DNA of 58,657 nt. It comes from Promethearchaeota archaeon. GTDB lineage: Archaea > Asgardarchaeota > Lokiarchaeia > Sigyniarchaeales > SOKP01. Of the stretch, positions 28,968 through 38,101 are shown piece after piece; the first letter of the stretch is position 1; each line of letters opens with the position of its first letter. The position numbers and the translations under genes are program-made. The DNA is taken from positions 1 through 58,657 of the forward strand of contig JBHLNS010000016.1 in the NCBI GenBank assembly GCA_048941285.1, written 5' to 3'. The notes below the pieces were generated by a model. The model made no database searches and had not been told where the DNA came from. It saw only the letters and a program-made list of their open reading frames with translations.

Positions 28968-29975
28968 TTAGTACCCTTCATCCAGATTAACTATGTTTTC
29001 TGGTTTTTCACCACGAATAAACCTATTTACATTTTCAAGAAAAGGTTTAAGATCTGTCATTAATGCATCCGATTGCCATGCTCTATGTGCTGTCATTATA
29101 ACGTTTTTTAACGTATGAAAGGGAAATTTTGAAGGATAGCATGGAAAAGGTTCTTGTTTTTCGCCACCTCTAATATCTGGATAATTATACCAAACATCCA
29201 AAGCGGCTCCTCTAATCTTCTTGTCATTTAAAGCATTATATAACTCTTGTTCATTAATAGTCATACCACGACCAACATTAACGATGATTACATTTGGTTT
29301 CATAACTTCAAATTCAGTTTTATCAACAAAATTTATTGTCTTTTTAGTTAGGGGAAGAGTATTAATGACAATATCAGCTTGTTTAATAGCTGTTAGGCGT
29401 TCTTCAGGTGGAAATATCTTAATGCTAGGATCATTGCATTGTTTAGTCCTTTTAACTGCAATATAGTTCATTTGGAACGGTTTACACATTTCTTTTAAAG
29501 TTTGTGCGATATTTCCATACGCTAGAAATAAAATCGTTTTCCTAAATAAAGTAATTGATGGATATTTTGTATAATCCCAATTACCTTCTCTGAGAAGTTG
29601 ATCATTTGTGTTTATTTGTTTAGCAATAGAAATTAATAGAGCAAATGCATATTCAGCAATTATTTTAGAATGCGTGTGAGAATTACAGAGAATTATGTTC
29701 TTTTTTTTATAAAAATCAAAGTTAAAAATTTCTAAACCTGTCGCGAATGTTTGATGCATTTTTAAATTATTGTATAAGCTTAATTCTTTATCTTCTATTT
29801 TAGGACCAATTAATACATCGATTTCCTTAAGAATTTGTTCTCTCTCTTGCTCTTTAATATCATTATAAAAGATTAAATCTACATTTGGGTCTATCAATTG
29901 CTTATATGTGTTTTTCATATGTTCTTTCGATAAAAGGGATTCAATCTCTGCTCTGGGTTTTATAAGTACTTTCAT
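28968..29975 (-). CDS. D-isomer-specific 2-hydroxyacid dehydrogenase family
   Basis: AYGNIA Rossmann variant, LPLT..T, VNVGRG, AALDVW, TAHRA. Confidence 0.88.
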   Translation of the reverse strand: MKVLIKPRAEIESLLSKEHMKNTYKQLIDPNVDLIFYNDIKEQEREQILKEIDVLIGPKIEDKELSLYNNLKMHQTFATGLEIFNFDFYKKKNIILCNSHTHSKIIAEYAFALLISIAKQINTNDQLLREGNWDYTKYPSITLFRKTILFLAYGNIAQTLKEMCKPFQMNYIAVKRTKQCNDPSIKIFPPEERLTAIKQADIVINTLPLTKKTINFVDKTEFEVMKPNVIIVNVGRGMTINEQELYNALNDKKIRGAALDVWYNYPDIRGGEKQEPFPCYPSKFPFHTLKNVIMTAHRAWQSDALMTDLKPFLENVNRFIRGEKPENIVNLDEGY

Positions 29976-30133
29976 GATATTATTTAATATTGAATTTATA
30001 TAAATATTTGAAGAAAGATATTGAAATATTGATTTATCAGAAAGAATTTTTGTGTGTTTATTCTTTGTTTAAACTAAATTAGACCAATTCAAAGAATCAA
30101 AAATCCTATGTTCAAAAATTCCGCTAGATTTTT

Positions 30134-30565
30134 CTACTCATTTTCACAATAACAATTGTTAGAGCTTAAAATTGTATCTCCACACGGGCATTCTGAGGGA
30201 TGGCTATACTTTTCACAAATTTTATTAATTGTATTACAAGAGAATAATAAATTAAATTTCTCACTTTCTACATGAGCTTCTTCAGCACTTAGCTCTAATT
30301 CACTGTATAGTAATATTTCTAACAATTGTGCGTGGCGTATTAATTCTTTTGCTAAATCTGAACCCCTTTCTGTCAATTTAAGAGGATTATATCTAACCCA
30401 TTTAACGAATTCTTTTTTCTCAAGTCTCTCAATAGAACTATTAATCGTTGATAATGGAATTTTAATATCTTTAGTTACTTTAATTTCTTCTTGAATATGT
30501 TTTAAACGTGCATTTCCATTAGTTCTATAAATAATCTTTAAAATTTGATAATCTATATCCAACAT
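30134..30565 (-). CDS. DtxR/MntR-like metal-dependent transcriptional regulator (divergent, Cys-rich)
   Basis: Winged HTH, Y..L.LT.RG..LA...R.....LE, EEAH, P..CP.G; downstream of the ZIP gene. Confidence 0.8.
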   Translation of the reverse strand: MLDIDYQILKIIYRTNGNARLKHIQEEIKVTKDIKIPLSTINSSIERLEKKEFVKWVRYNPLKLTERGSDLAKELIRHAQLLEILLYSELELSAEEAHVESEKFNLLFSCNTINKICEKYSHPSECPCGDTILSSNNCYCENE

Positions 30566-30584
30566 GATTGATTATAACTAATTA

Positions 30585-31343
30585 TTAATGAGTATGCCCT
30601 CCTACAGTTAGAACTAAAACCATTACAATAATCCCTATAACTATTAAAACTATTTGTTTAATTATTTCTTTTGTTTCTGTTTTTTCGTGAAGTTGGGGTG
30701 TTAAATCTGACAATGCAATATAGAGAAAACTTGCTGCTGAAATTGCCAAAAAAAGCGGAATAATCGTTTCGAATGCATCCAAAATGAAATAACTAATAAT
30801 TGCGGCGGGAATTGTAGCAGAACTTGATAGTAAATTATATAAAAGTGCTCGTTTCTTTGACATTCCATTATGTAGTAATATTGCAAAATCGCCTGTTTCT
30901 TGAGGGACTTCATGCATAATTATCGTAATGCCAGCGGCCAAACCAAGTCCAAAATTATTAGTAAGAAAAGCTGCTGCTATTACAATTCCATCAGTGAAGT
31001 TATGAAATGCATCACCAATTAATATTAAAGGTCCAGGTGCTTGAGAATGAATTTCACATTCATTATTTTGACAATTTCTCCATATTAGGAATTTTTCTAA
31101 AAAGAAGAAAAAGAGCAATCCCCCTAAAATTACTATTGTTACTAGATGCGGTTCTCCAGCACTCTCAATAGCTTCAGGAATTAAACCCATTAATGCAGAT
31201 GTCAGTAAAGTTCCTGTTGCGAACGAAATTAATCCTGTAACTATTTTTTTTTGAATTCTTTCACCTATTAGAAGGAAAAGTGAAGCAGCTAGTATTGCAC
31301 CTACACTTCCCAAAATGCTAAACAAGACAATCCAAAATAACAA
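30585..31343 (-). CDS. ZIP family metal transporter
   Basis: SFATGTLL, LIPEA, GDAFHNFTDG, HEVPQETGD, FLYIALSDL.P.LH. Start reassigned from 31439 to TTG 31343 because GAGGT (31354-31358) and the promoter lie inside the longer ORF. Confidence 0.92.
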   Translation of the reverse strand: MLFWIVLFSILGSVGAILAASLFLLIGERIQKKIVTGLISFATGTLLTSALMGLIPEAIESAGEPHLVTIVILGGLLFFFFLEKFLIWRNCQNNECEIHSQAPGPLILIGDAFHNFTDGIVIAAAFLTNNFGLGLAAGITIIMHEVPQETGDFAILLHNGMSKKRALLYNLLSSSATIPAAIISYFILDAFETIIPLFLAISAASFLYIALSDLTPQLHEKTETKEIIKQIVLIVIGIIVMVLVLTVGGHTH

Positions 31344-31377
31344 TAAAATTAATACCTCTATATTTATTCTTTTAAGA

Positions 31378-31416
31378 TTTACGAATGATCGTAAATTATT
31401 TACGAATATTCGTAAT
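31378..31416. promoter_or_regulatory. Tandem palindromic operator (TTTACGAATGATCGTAAA and TTTACGAATATTCGTAAT)
   Basis: Two 18-bp inverted repeats (31378-31395 and 31399-31416) spaced 21 bp apart, between the TATA box and the ZIP start. Confidence 0.8.
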
Positions 31417-31422
31417 TTATGA

Positions 31423-31436
31423 TATTTAAACTTTTG
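31423..31436 (-). promoter_or_regulatory. Archaeal BRE-TATA promoter of the ZIP-DtxR operon
   Basis: Minus strand reads CAAAAG-TTTAAATA, a canonical BRE/TATA arrangement, immediately upstream of the operator. Confidence 0.65.
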
Positions 31437-31644
31437 CATAATATAGGTTAAATTTATTTAAATAATGAATAATTATGTTATCGATTCTTTCCAAATTAAA
31501 AAGGTGGGCAATACTCAAGAAGATTAATCTTTTATAATATTCTTTTATATATTGAGAGTTATAAAAACCTAAAAATTACAAAAAATATTTGAAGAAACAC
31601 ACTTTTATTCAATTGTTAAGTTATAATAAAAATTATAAATAACA

Positions 31645-32895
31645 TTGAGTTTTACTATGAAAGTCAATAGACGAAAAGAATTATTTGGACATATAAGTGA
31701 TGAGGATTGGAAAGATTGGCGCTGGCAAGTTAAAAATAGGATAACAACCTTAGAAGAACTCAAAAAATATATCACTTTAACTAAAGAGGAAGATGATCCT
31801 AGAATCTTACAAGAATATCGAATGGCTATTACACCCTATTATTTATCATTAATTGATCCAAATGATCCATATGATCCTATTAGAAAGCAAGCTATTCCAA
31901 CAACTCAAGAGTTGGAGAGATATATAGGTGAGCTCGAAGATCCGTTAAGTGAAGATATTGATTCACCAATCGAAGGATTGACCCATCGCTATCCTGACAG
32001 AGTATTATTTTTAGTTACTGAAGTCTGTTCGATGTATTGCAGACATTGTACAAGGAGAAGATTTGCTGGACACCATGATATGGCCCCTCCACAAGCACAA
32101 ATAGATGGTTGTATTGAATATATAAAGAACACTCCTTCTATTAGGGATGTCTTATTATCTGGAGGTGATGCTTTATTAATATCTGATAAGAAATTAGAAG
32201 ATATTTTAATAAAACTAAAACAAATTCCCCATGTTGAAATAATCCGAATTGGGTCTAGAACACCAGTTACAAATCCTTTTCGCATTACTCCAGAGTTATG
32301 TGATATTTTAAAAAAGTATCATCCTATATGGTTTAATACACATTTTAATCATCCTAATGAAATTACAGAAGATTCTACTAGGGCTTGTGAAATGTTAGCT
32401 AACTCTGGGATTCCTCTTGGTAATCAATCTGTTTTATTGAGAGGTATAAACGATTGTATTCATGTTATGAAAAAATTAGTGCAAGAGTTAGTAAGAATAA
32501 GAGTTAGACCATATTACATTTATCAATGTGATTTATCTATCGGATTAGGGCATTTTCGTACGAGTGTAGCTCAAGGTATTGAAATCATTGAAGGCCTACG
32601 GGGCCATACTTCTGGTCTTTGTGTTCCTACTTTTGTCGTAGATGCACCAGGAGGTGGAGGAAAAATTCCTGTAATGCCCGATTACACAATTTCTCAAGGA
32701 CATAAGCGAGTAGTCTTAAGAAATTTTGAAGGGGTAATTACAACTTATGAAGAACCAGTAGATTATACACCAAATTGTCATTGTGAAGATTGCGAAAAGC
32801 AAATTGGAGTAAGTGCATTACTAAGTGGTGAAAAGACTACGATAGAACCAGCAGATCTAAAAAGAAAACTAAGAAGGAAAAAACTCACAAAATAA
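31645..32895 (+). CDS. kamA: L-lysine 2,3-aminomutase (radical SAM, PLP)
   Basis: WKDWRWQ..NRI, THRYPDR, CSMYCRHCTRRR, GGGGKIP (PLP Lys), C-terminal CHCEDC Zn site. Confidence 0.97.
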   Translation: MSFTMKVNRRKELFGHISDEDWKDWRWQVKNRITTLEELKKYITLTKEEDDPRILQEYRMAITPYYLSLIDPNDPYDPIRKQAIPTTQELERYIGELEDPLSEDIDSPIEGLTHRYPDRVLFLVTEVCSMYCRHCTRRRFAGHHDMAPPQAQIDGCIEYIKNTPSIRDVLLSGGDALLISDKKLEDILIKLKQIPHVEIIRIGSRTPVTNPFRITPELCDILKKYHPIWFNTHFNHPNEITEDSTRACEMLANSGIPLGNQSVLLRGINDCIHVMKKLVQELVRIRVRPYYIYQCDLSIGLGHFRTSVAQGIEIIEGLRGHTSGLCVPTFVVDAPGGGGKIPVMPDYTISQGHKRVVLRNFEGVITTYEEPVDYTPNCHCEDCEKQIGVSALLSGEKTTIEPADLKRKLRRKKLTK

Positions 32896-32964
32896 TTCTA
32901 AAATTTAAATAAGTTACTTTTATTTAGGTTATTAACTAATAAACTAATAGTTTTTGGCGAGAAA

Positions 32965-33996
32965 ATGGACTTTATGACCAATTTTCTAAATAATATCACT
33001 AAATACTCTGTTGTATCGATAATAGGTCTTGCAAAAAACGTTAGTAAAACTACTACATTAAACTATATTATAAAAAATTTAAAAGATTATAAGCTTGGGC
33101 TGACCTCTATAGGAAGAGATGGAGAAAAATATGATGTTATCACCCAGTTGCCAAAACCTCGAATATATATCAAAAAAGGTACTATTGTAGCAACAGCTAG
33201 ACAAAGTTATGAATCAAGCGAAGTTGAAATGGAACTGTTAAAAACCACTGAATTTACTACTCCATTAGGTGAAGTTTTAATATTAAAAGCCTTAAGTGAT
33301 GGTTTAGTTGAACTGGCTGGTCCATCAACAAATACAACTTTGAAAAAATTATGTCTAGAATTACTAGATTTAGGATGTGATTTAATTCTAATTGATGGTG
33401 CATTTGATAGAAGATCATATGCAACACCTATTATATCTGATGCTAGTATCCTTTCTACAGGAGCTTCTGTATCGGAAAATATGCAAAATGTGATTAATTT
33501 AACAGTTCATACAATTAATTTATTAAATTTACCAAGTGAGAAAAATAAAGAAATTATAGAAATTGCTTATGATATAATTAAAAAAGCAAAAGTAGGAGTA
33601 ATCGATAATCAAAATTCTATAAAATTATTACATGTACCAACTCCTTTAGATGCTGCAAAAGAAATATCTGAAAACTTAGAGGAAAACTCTACTTATGTTA
33701 TAATAAATGGCGCAATCACTAACAAATTATTAGAAAATTTAATGAAGTTGACAGAAAAATACAAAGGAGTGACATTTTTAGTGGAAGATAGTACAAAGAT
33801 TTTCTTAAGTAAAACTATAATGGAAAAATTCCAAAAAAAAGGCGGAATTATAAAAGTTTTACATCCTATTAAAGTTATAGCGGTTACTATTAACCCAACT
33901 TCTCCATTAGGGTATCAATTTGAAAAAAGCGATTTCATTAATTTAATGAAGAAAAATCTCAATATTCCTGTATATGATCTTGGACCAGGTAATTAA
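32965..33996 (+). CDS. kamB: Lysine 5,6-aminomutase reactivase subunit KamB-like
   Basis: SIIGLAKN..KT..LN, TSIGRDGE..D....KP.I, TPLGEV, IDGA.DR, ILSTGA, VTINP.SP; lies between kamA and kamD. Confidence 0.8.
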   Translation: MDFMTNFLNNITKYSVVSIIGLAKNVSKTTTLNYIIKNLKDYKLGLTSIGRDGEKYDVITQLPKPRIYIKKGTIVATARQSYESSEVEMELLKTTEFTTPLGEVLILKALSDGLVELAGPSTNTTLKKLCLELLDLGCDLILIDGAFDRRSYATPIISDASILSTGASVSENMQNVINLTVHTINLLNLPSEKNKEIIEIAYDIIKKAKVGVIDNQNSIKLLHVPTPLDAAKEISENLEENSTYVIINGAITNKLLENLMKLTEKYKGVTFLVEDSTKIFLSKTIMEKFQKKGGIIKVLHPIKVIAVTINPTSPLGYQFEKSDFINLMKKNLNIPVYDLGPGN

Positions 33997-34037
33997 AATA
34001 ATATAAATTTGGGAAAAATGTATAAAAGATTAAGATT

Positions 34038-35636
34038 GTGAAAAAAATGGCTAAAGAATTAAGCAATTCAGAAAGTAAATTGAATTTAGATTATTCATTG
34101 GTAAGAAACGCGAGGGAAAAAGCAAAAAAAATTGCATTAGAAACTCAAAAATTTATAAATTTACATACTACTACAACTATAGAAAGAACGGTTTGTAGAT
34201 TACTTGGAATAGATGGCATTGATGAATTTGATGTACCTCTTCCTAATATAGTTGTGAATCATTTAAATAAGAAAAATCTTCTTGGAATCGGTGCTGCAAT
34301 TCAAATTGGTAATGCTATATTACATACAAAACTTACACCTCAAAAAATTGCAGAAAAAATTGCTAAAAACGAGTTAGACTTGGAAAAATTATCAATGAAA
34401 GAATTATCTAAAATTAAAGCAACTATCAATATCATTGCTCAAGAAACTTTAGTTAAAATATCTCAGAACAAGAAAAAACGAGAAACATTACTTCTTAAAT
34501 ATGGCGATAAGGAGGAACCATTGATATATGTTATTGTAGCTACAGGAAACATTTATGAAGATATAATACAAGCTCAAGCAGCAGCGAGACAAGGTGCAGA
34601 TGTCATTGCTGTAATAAGATCCACAGTACAAAGCCTTCTTGATTATGTACCATATGGTCCCACAACAGAAGGATTTGGGGGAACATATGCTACTCAAGAA
34701 AATTTTAAAATAATGAGAAAAGCATTAGACGAAGTAAGTGAAGAATTAGGGAGATATATCAGACTTACTAATTACTGTTCGGGTTTATGTATGCCAGAAA
34801 TTGCTGTTATGGGTGCTTTTGAAAGGCTTGATATGATGCTTAATGATGCACTATATGGTATTTTATTTCGAGATATAAATATGAAACGCACGATTATAGA
34901 TCAACATTTTTCAAGAATGATAAATGCTTATGCTGGTGTTCTCATTAATACCGGTGAAGATAATTACCTCACTACCGCTGATGCTTATGAAGCAGCACAC
35001 ACAGTATTAGCCTCTGAATTTATAAACGAACAATTTGCGCTACTAGCAGGTTTAAAAGAAGAACAAATGGGATTAGGACATGCCTTTGAAATGAATCCAG
35101 ATTTAGAAAATGGTTTTCTATATGAACTTGCTCAAGCCCAAATGGCAAGAGAGATTTTTCCTAATGCTCCTCTCAAATATATGCCTCCAACCAAATATAT
35201 GACTGGTAATATATTTAAAGGGCATATTCAAGACGCTCTTTTTAATATGATTACAATTATGACTAATCAAAGAATCCATCTCCTTGGAATGTTAACAGAA
35301 GCAATACATACTCCTTTTATGTCAGATCGAGCTTTATCTATTGAAAACGCGCGGTACATTTTTAAAAATATGAAATCCATCAGTAAAGAAATTGAATTCA
35401 AAAAAGGGGGATTAATGGAAAAACGAGTTGATGAAGTCCTAAACAAAGCTTATAGCTTATTAAAAGAGATTGAAAGCTTAGGATTATTCAAAACAATTGA
35501 AAAAGGAATCTTCGCGAATATAAAAAGATCTATGGATGGTGGCAAGGGATTAGAAGGAGTGATTAAGAAAGAGAAAGAATACTATAATCCATTTATGGAA
35601 CTCATGAATAGTGAATTAAAAAAGGGGGGTAATTAA
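34038..35636 (+). CDS. kamD: Beta-lysine/D-lysine 5,6-aminomutase alpha subunit
   Basis: ESKLNLD, ERTVCRLLGIDG, YVIVATGNIYED, NYCSGLCMPEIA, KYMPPTK.MTG. Confidence 0.97.
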   Translation: MKKMAKELSNSESKLNLDYSLVRNAREKAKKIALETQKFINLHTTTTIERTVCRLLGIDGIDEFDVPLPNIVVNHLNKKNLLGIGAAIQIGNAILHTKLTPQKIAEKIAKNELDLEKLSMKELSKIKATINIIAQETLVKISQNKKKRETLLLKYGDKEEPLIYVIVATGNIYEDIIQAQAAARQGADVIAVIRSTVQSLLDYVPYGPTTEGFGGTYATQENFKIMRKALDEVSEELGRYIRLTNYCSGLCMPEIAVMGAFERLDMMLNDALYGILFRDINMKRTIIDQHFSRMINAYAGVLINTGEDNYLTTADAYEAAHTVLASEFINEQFALLAGLKEEQMGLGHAFEMNPDLENGFLYELAQAQMAREIFPNAPLKYMPPTKYMTGNIFKGHIQDALFNMITIMTNQRIHLLGMLTEAIHTPFMSDRALSIENARYIFKNMKSISKEIEFKKGGLMEKRVDEVLNKAYSLLKEIESLGLFKTIEKGIFANIKRSMDGGKGLEGVIKKEKEYYNPFMELMNSELKKGGN

Positions 35637-35637
35637 A

Positions 35638-36426
35638 ATGGGAGGAGGTTTATATTCAACTGACAAAGAAACTTATAATAAGAATCTTGATTTGACTAAA
35701 ATTAAACCTTACGGAGATACGATGAATGATGGGAAAGTACAAATCAGTTTCACTCTTCCGATAGATCAAAGCGAAAAGGCAGTTGTAGCAGCGAAAGAAA
35801 TTGCAAACAAAATGGGATTAAAAGATCCAGAAGTCGTTTATCATAAAAAATTGGATAAGAATTTTACTTTTTTTGTGATATATGGTAAGTTAATCCATAC
35901 AATTGATTACACTAAAGTGAAAGTAGAGACAATAGAAGTCGAAATTAGGTCTAAAGAAGAAATTAATAGTTATATCAAAGAAAAAATCAAAAGAGAAATA
36001 GTTGTACTTGGTGCCTCTACGGGAACAGATGCTCACACAGTAGGGATTGATGCTATCATTAATATGAAAGGATTTGCTGGACATTATGGCCTTGAGAATT
36101 ATGAAATGATCAAAGCTTTTAATTTAGGAAGCCAAGTAACAAATGAAGAATTTATTAAAAAAGCAATAGAACTGAACGCCGATGTTTTGCTAGTTTCACA
36201 AACAGTTACTCAGAAAGATATTCATGTTAAAAACCTGACTCAATTAGTTGATCTATTGGAAGCAGAAAAAATAAGAGACAGTGTGATCCTTATTTGTGGT
36301 GGAGCAAGAATAAACAATGAACTAGCGAAAGAATTAGGATACGATGCTGGTTTTGGGCCTGGGACTTACGCTGAAATTGTAGCATCCTTTTTTATACAAC
36401 AAATTGTTAATAGAAAGCTTTTTTGA
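35638..36426 (+). CDS. kamE: Beta-lysine/D-lysine 5,6-aminomutase beta subunit (AdoCbl, PLP)
   Basis: KPYGDTMNDGKVQ.SFTLP, TDAHTVGIDAI (base-off His), MKGFAGHYG (PLP Lys), GYDAGFG. Confidence 0.97.
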   Translation: MGGGLYSTDKETYNKNLDLTKIKPYGDTMNDGKVQISFTLPIDQSEKAVVAAKEIANKMGLKDPEVVYHKKLDKNFTFFVIYGKLIHTIDYTKVKVETIEVEIRSKEEINSYIKEKIKREIVVLGASTGTDAHTVGIDAIINMKGFAGHYGLENYEMIKAFNLGSQVTNEEFIKKAIELNADVLLVSQTVTQKDIHVKNLTQLVDLLEAEKIRDSVILICGGARINNELAKELGYDAGFGPGTYAEIVASFFIQQIVNRKLF

Positions 36427-36672
36427 TTACTTCGTAAATTCTTTCATTACCATATGAGTATTAGACCTTGTGATTCCATCAATCATATCTATTTTATTTG
36501 CAAATATCTCATATAATTCTTCAGGTGACTCTACTATAATTTCTGCTAAAGCATCATAATCCCCTGTTAAAGACATAACTTTAGTGATTTGAGGTATTTT
36601 TTTCAATTCTTCAATAACAGGTTTTATGACACTAATCCCTAATTTGCATAAAATAATTGCTTTGATTGTCAT
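36427..36672 (-). CDS. Stand-alone Lrp/AsnC ligand-binding (RAM) domain protein
   Basis: MTIKAIILC...IPQI..V..LTGDYD...I..IDGI..SNT; no HTH. Start set to ATG 36672. Confidence 0.85.
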   Translation of the reverse strand: MTIKAIILCKLGISVIKPVIEELKKIPQITKVMSLTGDYDALAEIIVESPEELYEIFANKIDMIDGITRSNTHMVMKEFTK

Positions 36673-36694
36673 AACACATATCGTCTCATAATTA

Positions 36695-38014
36695 TTAAGT
36701 TGGGGTTTTCTCAATTTTATTAATAAATAAAATTTGAATATCTTTAATTTCATTTAAAGGTTTTAATCTTAAATTTATAAGGTTATAAAAATCTTTTATA
36801 GAACTTATTTTTACATTTAACAGCAAATCATGAGTTCCCACTAACGTATATATAGAATTAATTCCATAATACTTGAAGATACGTAAAGTAATTTTATTAA
36901 AAGAACCTTTTTTCAATTTTATTAGCAGAACCGCTTTAACTAAATTCTTTACTTCATGTGAATATCTAACCACGAATGTAAAAACTAATAAAAATATAAC
37001 AATAATTAAAAATTCGAGAGGAAAAAATTCATTTACAAAAATTACTGAAAAAATAATTGATCCCATAGGATCTATTAGGTTTAAAATACTACTCCACTGA
37101 CTATAAGTTAAATTCTCAGATTTCCAATTGACATTTGCTATAAAGACTAAAAGATATGGAATAATTGTTGAAAAAATAATTAAAAAAATAATCTCCCATC
37201 TACCAAGAATTAAAAAAATACTACTGAATTGAGTAAAAAAAGTTGCTATCTCATAAGTTAAATCAGTTTCAAAAGGTATAATATAAATAATCAAAACAAC
37301 TGGAATCATGCAAATTACTCCTATTAAAAAAGAAAAAGACATTTTAAGAAGAAATCGAGGGATTTTATAATTCTTATTTTGATTAATTATTTTTATTTCT
37401 TCAGATGAATATGCATCTCTATTAATTACTATATAGAGAAATGAAATTGCTATGCTGAAAATTAATAAATAAACTATGCCATTTAACATTACAGGACTAC
37501 CCTCTAATGCTGCACCTGTACTTCCTACAAATATCAAAATTGTGATTGTAAAAAATAAAAGAATAACATAAAGTACCTTAAATATATCAAACTTTTCAAA
37601 ATTCACACCATTTTCGTAAAAGGCAATAAATATAACACTTAAAAGAAAACCAACCATTGTGAATGTAATTGAAGTAGTCTTTAATGTTAAAAAGAAAAAA
37701 ATAATATTGAGAATTATCCCAAAAAAGCCTAAATATAGGTAATATGAGATATTTTTTAAGTCAAAAAATCTTCTATTTTTATGAAATAAATTATTAAATA
37801 GAAATCTTAACGATATAGATTCATTTTTAGATAACCTATTATTTATTAGTACAAGAATAATAGCTAGAATTAGCAATGCCAATCCAGAGACTAAAAATCT
37901 TAGAAAAATAACCATAATAATGGATACTTCTAAAAACAAGTCCTCTACAACAACAGGAATAAAACCCCACAGTAAATTTGCCAAAACTATATTAATTAAT
38001 AGCTTGTTTTTCAT
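36695..38014 (-). CDS. EamA/DMT family transporter fused to a C-terminal Lrp/AsnC (RAM) domain
   Basis: LLWG..P, FLRF, IIP, DP..SII..VIF.NE across about 10 TMs, then KAVLLIKL...IYTLVGTHDLLLNV. Confidence 0.75.
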   Translation of the reverse strand: MKNKLLINIVLANLLWGFIPVVVEDLFLEVSIIMVIFLRFLVSGLALLILAIILVLINNRLSKNESISLRFLFNNLFHKNRRFFDLKNISYYLYLGFFGIILNIIFFFLTLKTTSITFTMVGFLLSVIFIAFYENGVNFEKFDIFKVLYVILLFFTITILIFVGSTGAALEGSPVMLNGIVYLLIFSIAISFLYIVINRDAYSSEEIKIINQNKNYKIPRFLLKMSFSFLIGVICMIPVVLIIYIIPFETDLTYEIATFFTQFSSIFLILGRWEIIFLIIFSTIIPYLLVFIANVNWKSENLTYSQWSSILNLIDPMGSIIFSVIFVNEFFPLEFLIIVIFLLVFTFVVRYSHEVKNLVKAVLLIKLKKGSFNKITLRIFKYYGINSIYTLVGTHDLLLNVKISSIKDFYNLINLRLKPLNEIKDIQILFINKIEKTPT

Positions 38015-38101
38015 AATTTTAGCAACTGTTATAGAATAACAAATTTAATTTGACTAAATATGTATCAAAGAAAATAATCAATTTTAAATTTGATTATCTA
38101 A

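Noticed and set aside
31344-31439. N-terminal extension of the ZIP ORF (MQKFKYHKLRIFVNNLRSFVN...)
   Set aside because: It covers the TATA box, operator palindromes and SD; the apparent peptide repeat just reflects the DNA palindromes.
31645-32895. kamA as ablA (N-acetyl-beta-lysine osmolyte) or EF-P modification enzyme epmB
   Set aside because: No ablB or epmA neighbour; it is flanked by kamB/D/E, kdd and kce.
36673-36753. N-terminal extension of the stand-alone RAM protein
   Set aside because: Overlaps the DMT gene; the domain begins at ATG 36672.
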